A DNA stretch of 33,233 bases from positions 1,861,092-1,894,324 of the forward strand of contig JBOZIK010000001.1 in assembly GCA_051453625.1 (NCBI GenBank), given 5' to 3'. This DNA is from Welwitschia mirabilis (lineage: Eukaryota). Every line of letters starts with the position of its first letter. The first letter of the stretch is position 1. The notes under the pieces were generated by a model. That model ran no database searches. It saw nothing but the letters and a program-made list of their open reading frames with translations, and was not told the DNA's origin. A program made the translations under genes and the position numbers. This document shows positions 24,801-33,233 of this stretch, piece by piece.

Positions 24801-26539
24801 TTTTAATTATCATATAATTTATAATTAACTTTATAATTAATTATTAAATACATACATGCAATATTACAAGAATTCTATTATAACCTTAGATCATAATGGT
24901 TTCCCTTAAGTTGTAAAAACTAATAAGAGGGAATAAAAAACCTATGTAACCTAAATGAGTTTATGTCAATAAGAGGAAATAAAAAAACCTATAATAAAGC
25001 ATAAATGAAGATATCATGCTAAATACAATAATAATTAATAGAAGCTATTAGGAGATAACTAACTCAAATAGAAAACACTAAATACTTAAGAATTTTAGTA
25101 TATTATTAACAAGAGAAAGGATTAGCATTATAGGGTAACACTTATGATGGTAAACATAATGTAAAAAAAAAAAAATTTGAATTTTAGAAATAGGAATAAG
25201 GTATGTCTAATTATCAATAGACTTGGACTTACTCTGACTAATCTTAATAATTAAGATGTTAAATTCATATGATACAAATATGTGATCCTTATTAACAAGT
25301 ACATTCCACATATCTTACTAAAATTTATAAAGATAATCATGTTCATAACCACTTCTCTAAGGCCCTTAATTACTATTATGAGGTAAAGAAAGAAGATGGT
25401 AAGATAATGAAGAAGGAGCATTAAGTAATAGAAGCCTCTTAAAATATTGTATCAAAAGAATTAACTTAATAGGCCACATATTCTAAAAGGTTATTTTAAC
25501 ATAAATGCAAANNNNNNNNNNCAAACTATTAATGTATATTTAGAAAAACATATAAAAGGTAGTAAAATTACAATAAACTTAAAAAACATAATGGCATGAT
25601 ATGTAGAAATTAAAAAAAATCAAGAATAATGTAATGATGTAAGTTCTTTAAGAAATATAGTTGAAGGATAATAATGGAAGCAAATTAAAATGGTAAGAAC
25701 TTTTAAAACTATATCCATAATTAGATAGATATGTAGCACTTAAAATAAAATATTTTAACAAAAATTCCTTCAAAAAAATATAAGAACAAGAAATATATAG
25801 AAGTAGATGAAAAATAATAACTCATGTCTCTATAGAAATCCCTTCAAAGATATATAAGAATAAGAAAGTATTACTATCTAAATGAGTATTTCATTAAATA
25901 GAAAAAAAGTTTGTATATTAAAAAACAATAAACTATGAAACACAAAATGGAAAAAAATAGGTTGGGAGATAATCCCCCACTACTAAAAAATATTTCCAAA
26001 AATGGATTCTATGGTCTTAGGCATTCAAAAATTAAGTTCAACTAGGCATCAAAATAAAAGAAGAAACAAATACTATCAAAGTCTAGAAAACAACAAAAGG
26101 AAGATCACAAAAACAAGAATGAGAATTAAAAAGGATGAAAGTCATCTATCATAAGTCTATACTAGTTTATCCTTATGCTATAATCAGTAGATAGATCTTA
26201 TCATTTGTTAATGAGGATATCCTTTATTCCTTTAATATCTTTAGTTTTTTTCTAGATGAGCACCTACATTTGTACACATAATTGATGGGTAAGACGAGTT
26301 CAAGAGCATTCCCTTTGAATCATTACATCTATCTTTTCTTTATTTTCTTGAATAATTTATTCCAAGTATTTCTTAGGTTGATTCTAAATTACTAGAATTG
26401 TAAAAGAATCATTGTCATTTTGAAACATTACATTTCATGATGATTTTAAAGTAAAGAGTTTAGAAGGAAAGTGATTTTTGTAGATATCTAGTCATTCATT
26501 TGTAACTACTAAGATCAAATAAAATTTTATGTTTTTTTT

Positions 26540-27474
26540 TTAATTTTCAATGATGTCTTGGACTATGTGCTTTAAGTTGAAATAGTTTGTATGACTCGTG
26601 GTACTCAAAATACTTTAACTTATGATACCCTCTTAGTTTGAGTGCATTAAGATCTCTTAGTCTAATTAGATGTAATTGGATTATTCCTTTTTTCAGTAAC
26701 ATCAAAAGGAATTATCTCATAGGAATGTCTAGTTTTATAAAGTTTTTTCTAGGTTAAGGGATTAAGATTTTATATTGAGGCCTATTTTAACCTTGACCTT
26801 AAGGCATGAATACTTATTGTTAAATCTATGATGATGGTAGAGGTTGCACTTGCCACAGTGAAGGTAATACAACTAACAATAAGCTAGTTGAGGAGTGAAA
26901 TCTTAAGGATAAAAAGGATCTTAAGGCACAATTGACAACATCATTAGATTATCCATTATTTAGAATCAATAAATTATTTGAGTTAATTGATTAATGACAT
27001 CAATGTTCTTTGGGTTATTGCCTCTAGTATTATTATTGTCCTTTTTGGATGGCTTTCTTTGGGAGGTGTTATCATATGTTATGGATCCTTTCTTTTCCCT
27101 TATAACTTCTATCTCCTTAGCTAGGGTGACAACCTATTAAAAGTTCTTGAAGAACTACATTCTCATATGCTTTAATACATATGGTATGCATGACTTAATA
27201 AAGAGGTATGTCATGTCTGAGTCTGCAATGGAATTTTCCAATTGCAGTGGAGTAAATCTCCATTAATGTGCATACTCTTGCATGGTTTCATTATACTATT
27301 GTTACGTAGTGGTGAGAGTGTCTAATATCATCCTATTTGAGATGTTAATCAAATAATGTTGAATAAACATTTCAACAAGTTGTTTCAACCTTGTGACAGA
27401 ATGAGTAGGTATGTGATAATACCACTTGAGGGCTTATCCCTTTATAGAGAATTAAGATAGATGAAATATAGTAT
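26540..27474 (-). pseudogene. Ogre/Tat-clade gag relic (Retrotrans_gag plus decayed zinc knuckle), 5' part displaced by the Athila-like insertion
   Basis: LKWYYHIPTHSVTRLKQLVEMFIQHY...T*Q*YNETMQEYAH*WR...DMTYLFIKS...F**VVTLAKEIE; later IPMR*FLLMLLKKGII...YFEYH...NLKHIVQDIIEN (consensus CEYH..GH...C..LKHxVQDLIE). Confidence 0.8.
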
Positions 27475-29212
27475 TTTTGCAATGTGAACTTATGCAATCT
27501 TGAAGCCCTTTAGGTAAACCTTTAAATGAAATAACTTGCAAAAAACACATGCTAGTATGGATGGGAGTTCACTTGAATGTTGTAATCCAAAGAAGGCACT
27601 AGGATTAGAGTTAGAAAATTAATTTCCTAGGAGTATATTTGGACTTTGTCTTATAAAAAACCAAAAGGAAATAAACAAGTAAATGTAATACATGATGATA
27701 AATATAAAATGTAGTTAATGGAAATGGAAATGGATTCTACTTAAATCCTAGTCCCTCTATTACAAGAACTATTTTCTCTATAACTTATATCAATTNNNNN
27801 NNNNNNNNNNNNNNNNNNNNNNNNNNNNNNNNNNNNNNNNNNNNNNNNNNNNNNNNNNNNNNNNNNNNNNNNNNNNNNNNNNNNNNNNNNNNNNNNNNNN
27901 NNNNNNNNNNNNNNNNNNNNNNNNNNNNNNNNNNNNNNNNNNNNNNNNNNNNNNNNNNNNNNNNNNNNNNNNNNNNNNNNNNNNNNNNNNNNNNNNNNNN
28001 NNNNNNNNNNNNNNNNNNNNNNNNNNNNNNNNNNNNNNNNNNNNNNNNNNNNNNNNNNNNNNNNNNNNNNNNNNNNNNNNNNNNNNNNNNNNNNNNNNNN
28101 NNNNNNNNNNNNNNNNNNNNNNNNNNNNNNNNNNNNNNNNNNNNNNNNNNNNNNNNNNNNNNNNNNNNNNNNNNNNNNNNNNNNNNNNNNNNNNNNNNNC
28201 TAGTTTTTAACCAACATAAACTATGAGATCTATCTAAGTAAGATAAGAAATGGAATATGGAATGAAATGGAAATGTAATGTAAATCTACTACTAACCAAG
28301 ATTAACCTCAACAATAGTTTCCCTCATGATCTAAATAAATCACAGATTGTCACTTAATTATGATCAACTTAAATATAAGGAACATTCATAGAATTGAAAT
28401 GAAAAGGAGAAATTGTATTAGCGCAAAGATTATTAAAAACATAACATCCATTTAAAATTATAACAACAACACCTAAATGGAAGAGACTTAGCCTAACACC
28501 AAGGAAACTCCTTTTTATAGCATTGGATGGACCTCTTGCACTACAATCCTTCATTACAAGTATCGGGTATAAATGATGGATTAGAAATAAAGGAGGGAAA
28601 GGGTATTTATAGTTTTCCATTTGAGGATTTAGAAGCAAAATCCTAAAGGCAAAAAAAAAAAAAAAAAAAAAAAGCCCTTTTAAAACACACATGGGTTGTT
28701 TAANNNNNNNNNNATCCTGGCTGTTGTGAGGATGATAGGGGGACGACATCATGTGCCACCTACCTCCATGTGCCCCATGTGATGCTATCAACCATGCATC
28801 TTTTTTATCCATGTTAGCAGTGTTTTTGTCTTGTCTATCATGTGGATGACATAGGGGACAACACCATGCCACATATCTCCATGTGCACCATGTGCTTTTT
28901 TGTCAATCCCGTAGCCTCTATTCATGTCAGCAGGTCCATTGTCTTGCCTGTTGTATGGATGACAAAGGCAACGATAATCTTTCTTTTTTCCAATTTCCAA
29001 GGTAAGTTAGTCTTTTGCATCATGAGATCCTTCTTCTAAATATGCAATATCAAAATAGGCCTAAGAAACTACCAAAATGCTAAGGATCACATGTTTTACT
29101 GATCATCTTATCAGATCTCCATAGTCATCAGTATTTCATAAAAACCTGTGTAAATGTCCTACAAAAGTACTCAAAATACATCATCAAATTCCTACAAATT
29201 GACATTGCAACA
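27475..29212 (-). repeat. 3' LTR of the minus-strand Athila-like element (includes a 404-N and a 10-N gap)
   Basis: On -, starts tgttgcaatgtcaatttgtagg and ends cacattgcaaaa (decayed inverted terminus). Colinear with the other LTRs. Confidence 0.85.
28714..28976 (-). repeat. ~113-114 bp tandem repeat (2.3 units) in LTR U3
   Basis: Units start at 28714, 28828 and 28941 (atcctggctgttgtgaggatgatag / gtcttgtctatcatgtggatgacat / gtcttgcctgttgtatggatgacaa). Confidence 0.85.
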
Positions 29213-29226
29213 TAGCCTTCTACTTA
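29213..29226 (-). promoter_or_regulatory. Polypurine tract (decayed)
   Basis: taagtagaaggcta on - abuts the LTR start tgttgc. Confidence 0.75.
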
Positions 29227-30725
29227 TCCTTATCAGTCCCTGATAAAGCAAGTGATCAACTAGATTGTGAGCCAATTTGATTAAGATAAAAACAATACTT
29301 GAAAGGACGTAAATTAAGTTTATGAAATCATTTAAGAAAAGGATACCATCAATAGGTAATTGATACAAGTGATGAATAATTTTCCTAAGCTCCCTACTTA
29401 AGCATGTCACTAGAAAATAAATGAATGAAATACACATATAGAAATTATAAAAATGTAACTTTGATGGCTTAAATAAAACTGTGTATGCATATTATAGAAA
29501 CAATGATAATGAACTATCATGACAGGCTTAATTAGTACTATTTTTAAGAACATGATCGCTCCAAATTCATTAGTATCATCAAAAAGGCAAAGGACAAAAG
29601 TAGATATAGCACAATTTAGATGATATGAAAACATGATTATGGAAAAACATGTAAGAGTTCTACTGGATCTTGTAACATAAAGGTTATGAATTCTTCAAAA
29701 TGTTTATTCAATAACATGAAAAAATCATCCAAACAACCCATCATAAAGTTAGATCATAAAATCTCAAAAATTAAAAACTTTATGCTAATAAGTATAGATT
29801 AATGCCCAAAATGATGTCCTATACCCTCCATAGGAGAAGAAAGATGTCTCAAATTACATCATGAATAGAAGAGAAGTGTCATCTCCTCTGTCGTGGTGAT
29901 AATAGACATGGGACGATAATAATCAAAATGGTTGTTTGGAGAGGAAGGGAAATACAAAAAAATCTAAAAAACTAGAAAATGTAGAAAATCAATATAAAGA
30001 AGATAACAAACAAGGAAAAACAAAGAATTAGCTTTAAAAGAGACCACATGATGGAGAAGGTAAAGGTGATAGTAAAGAAAAGATGCACTAAATGGAAAGA
30101 AGTAATGCTCAAAGATGCCTTAGATGTGCCCAAACTCATGAAAAGCTAGAACTCATTAGATCATGAAAACCTACCAAAAAGAAACAACAATCCTCTAGAA
30201 AACATTATGGATAAATAATAAGAAACTATAAAATGATTAGGTCCATGATATAATGCTAAAAAAGTATGAAGAATGGCTTTGAAAATCCAATAAAACAACT
30301 AAAGAAAAATAAAAATGAAAATGAACAATTCAAAACATGAATAAGATTGCTTGATTATCCTAAATGCTAACCTAACAAATTCCCTTTGCAATTATTATAA
30401 AAGCACTTCATAATGATGCATGACATAATGTAAAAAGTTATAAAGTTCCACTCTAATAGGTAATGATTACGATAATGTTGAGTATGCTAATGTTATCAAA
30501 TAATAAAGAATAAGATGAAAATTTATTTAAAAATAGGAACTTATAAGCTACCATATTAGAAAAAGCACTAAAATATAGAAACTAGAGTGTTCATGTGGAA
30601 GTACTAGAAACAAATAAAAAAAAGCAAGTAATTTTTACATGATAAGGGAAGTGAAACCACTATTAGAGGAATAATGATCCACACAGCATAATTAACTAAC
30701 CTCCCAATAGAGTTCCCACAACTAC

Positions 30726-32038
30726 CATATTACACTGTTAAAGGCCCCTCTCAGGAATACTCACCTTGGTATGCTTGCAGTAGAACATCATGATTATCAT
30801 GTTTTAAAGATATAACATGAAAGAGTATGGTATTTTATCTTCTTTTTCTTCTTTGTTTTTTGTATTTTTGTTTTTTTTTTTTGAAGTATCATTCCACATG
30901 ATCAATTACTTATAAGAATAAAGGTGAAGAAATGAGATAAGTAACAAAGTAAGATCTTGTAAAAACAAATAATTTACTCACATCATTGAAAGAAAATAAA
31001 AGAACCAAGGCATCTTCCTCCTGAAATAAAGTTCATAGATATACGAATGTCTAAAAATTAGATAAAGTCAATTTTATCATTGAAAATGACTAAGTAAAAT
31101 ATTACTAATCATGAAAACTTTATAAGTAAATACATATGTTAAGTTAAATATATTCAAGTAAGAACATGATATTTACCAAAGGAAAGAGTTAGGAAAGAAT
31201 TTAGACAAAGGCAAAAGAAAGGTTCTCCTCATGGAGAGGGAATTCCAAAATAAGTGCTTCTATCATGTTCAAGGTTTCCTTAAGAGATAACCCATAAAGC
31301 TTTAACCTTTGTCCATTAACCTTTTGAANNNNNNNNNNNNNNNNNNNNNNNNNNNNNNNNNNNNNNNNNNNNNNNNNNNNNNNNNNNNNNNNNNNNNNNN
31401 NNNNNNNNNNNNNNNNNNNNNNNNNNNNCATATCACATTGCCAAAGGCCCTTCTCAGGAATGTATATCCTAGTGCGCTTCCAATAGGACATCATGATTAC
31501 CATGTTTAAAGATATAACATGAAAGAGCATGGTTTATCATCATCATCATCATCATCTTCTTCTTCTTCTTCTTCTTCTTCTTCTTCTTCTTTTTTTTTTG
31601 AGTGGTCATTCCTAATCATGTACTTGTAAGAATAAAAGTGAAGGAATGAGATGGGTAATAAAGTAAAATATTAAAAAAAACTAATTTACTCACATCATTA
31701 AAAGAGAATAAAAGAACCAAGGAATCTTCCTTTTGAATAAAGTTCATAGACATACAAACATCTGAAGATTAGATGAAGTCAATCTTATCATCTAAAATGC
31801 CTAAGTACAATATTACTAATGGTGGAAAATTCATAACTAAATACATAAGTCAAGTTAAACATATTCAAGTGATAACATGATGTTTACCTAAGAAATGAGT
31901 TAAGAAGGAATTTAAACAATGGAAAAATGCAGATCCTTCTCATTAAGAAGGACTTTCAAAATAAGTGCTTCTATTATGTTCAAGGTGTCATCATAAGAAG
32001 ACTCATAAATTTTTAACCTTTGTCCATTAATTTTTTGA
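30726..32038 (-). repeat. Diverged direct duplication of integrase tail plus 3' non-coding region
   Basis: 30726-31328 matches 31429-32038 (QKVNGQRLKLY...LNMIEALIL versus QKINGQRLKIY...LNIIEALIL), separated by a 100-N gap. Confidence 0.85.
31536..31599 (+). repeat. Compound microsatellite (ATC)7(TTC)11 plus poly-T
   Basis: Directly visible in the sequence. Confidence 0.95.
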
Positions 32039-33233
32039 ATTTCTCTAGTATTTGGATTAGAGATTTTAATTAATCCATTTGAATTTACTTCTTCTATAAG
32101 ATAAGGATCTAATCATTTAGAAGTTAACTTGTTGTATAAAAGGTGTACTCAAGTGTTATATAATAGGATAAGTTGGCAAGATTTAAACTATTTATAAATA
32201 ATCATTTTATTATGTCGAAACTTAGCTTGAATTTTATAAATGAGTTAATGATGTAAGGCATGAGTATGTTTTTCATCTAAATGGTCAAGTTAGGCTAATT
32301 AAATTTTAAGAATTTCATTCAAGTTAACAAGGTTAAGTTAATGAGTGGATTAATAGGAATTATAGCAAACATCAATTGGTAATACACGCATTTTATTGTA
32401 CATAAGTTTATAGAGTGAGAAACTTAGAGAGTTATGCCAAGTAGTATGCAAGTCCAAGGAACATCATTAAGTTTAGAGGACCAAATCTTTTTATTGATAG
32501 AGACTAATTTTTGAAGCATTTCCTTGATTTCTCTATTTTCATTTTCATCTTCATCATTAGTTTAAGGATGAAAGGTACAAGAAATTCTATGTTTAACACT
32601 AATGGATAAAAGAAGTTTTGAAAGAGGTAACTAATGAAATTAGTTCCTTGATCACTAATGATAATTTGTAGAGAACCAAATCATTGAAAAATATTAGTTC
32701 GAACAAAGTTGCAAATAGTTCGGACATCATTTTTGGTGGTAGAAATAGCTTTAACCCACTTAGTAACATAATCCACAACTACTAGGATATAATTTTTCTC
32801 ATTGAAGGTGGTGTAATTGGGCCTACAAAGTTGATTCTCCAATGATCAAAAGGTTCACATTTAAGTATGCATTTGGGAGGCATATTATGAGAATGAGTTA
32901 GGCTACCATAGCATTAACAAGCATCACACTTCATAAAAAAGTCAAATGAATCTTTGAAAAGAGTAGGCCAATAAGAATTAGAGTGAAGAATTTTCATGAT
33001 GGTCTTTTGACGACTAAAGTGTCCACATACTCCACCATGGCAAGGTTTTAAGATATCTAATGTTTCCCATTAACGCATAAATTTACGCATAATTTAATCT
33101 TTGCAATGTCTATAAAGATGAGTTTCATTCCATTCATAGTTACTGCTCCTATGGAGAAAAGTTTTGTGTTGATTATGGTCCCAATGCTAAGGAGTTTTTA
33201 TAATTACTAGGTAATTTATGATGTCAATATACC
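31912..33233 (-). pseudogene. Athila-type integrase (zinc-binding, DDE core, GPY/F), decayed
   Basis: YIDIINYLV; CHGGVCGHFSRQKTIMKILHSNSYWPTLFKDS...CDAC*; FDHWRINFVGP; YILVVVDYVTKWVKAI; IIISDQGTNFI; FHP*TN...NREIKEMLQKLV; KLTSK*LDPYLIEEV; KINGQRLKIY; stop at 31912-31914. Confidence 0.95.

Larger units (their letters stand above)
27475..33233 (-). mobile_element. Second Athila-like element (3' half: integrase, duplicated tail, PPT, 3' LTR); 5' part beyond window
   Basis: LTR, PPT and 3' non-coding region are homologous to element 2415-13903 in reverse orientation. Athila-type integrase present. Confidence 0.88.

Noticed and set aside
24800..26500. Possible Ogre protease, intron or LTR downstream of gag, including a gtggggg tract near 25975 on -
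   Set aside because: No recognisable protease motif or LTR boundary was found, so the region is left unannotated.
28369..29039. ORFs of 167, 70 and 65 aa with repeated His/Cys motifs (CHPHDRQD, HGAHG)
   Set aside because: They are translations of the ~113-bp LTR U3 tandem repeat; the longest crosses an N gap and a poly-A run. Homologous LTRs do not keep the frames.
570..29904. CRISPR-like reading of the spaced palindromic repeats
   Set aside because: Only 2-3 units per locus, the intervening sequences are homologous to each other, there are no cas genes, and the context is a eukaryotic LTR.

Overview
Very AT-rich, CpG-depleted eukaryotic DNA from a draft assembly with N gaps. It is almost certainly a seed-plant heterochromatic retrotransposon nest; a gymnosperm origin is inferred, not proven. 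No intact protein-coding gene is present and the supplied ORFs are almost all spurious. Manual translation through stops resolves these layers: (1) a decayed Ty3/Gypsy chromovirus (Tekay/Del-like) pol with RT, RNase H, integrase, chromodomain and 3' LTR on + (1 to ~17917). It is split by (2) an Athila-like solo LTR (331-1567) and (3) a complete, TSD-flanked Athila-like element (2415-13903) that lacks the pol core but carries an extra 3' ORF. (4) An unidentified spliced gene relic lies on - (18895-19461). (5) Two L1 LINE ORF2 fragments. (6) A Tat-type accessory ORF relic and an Ogre/Tat gag relic, both on -. (7) A second Athila-like element on - (27475 to window end) with a full integrase. The most interesting signals are the spliced gene relic, a dispersed TGTCGT-N4-ACGACA palindrome shared by all three Athila-like insertions, the duplicated integrase-tail module, and reciprocal pol/extra-ORF content in the two Athila-like copies. 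All homology calls come from motif recognition by eye; no database searches were run.
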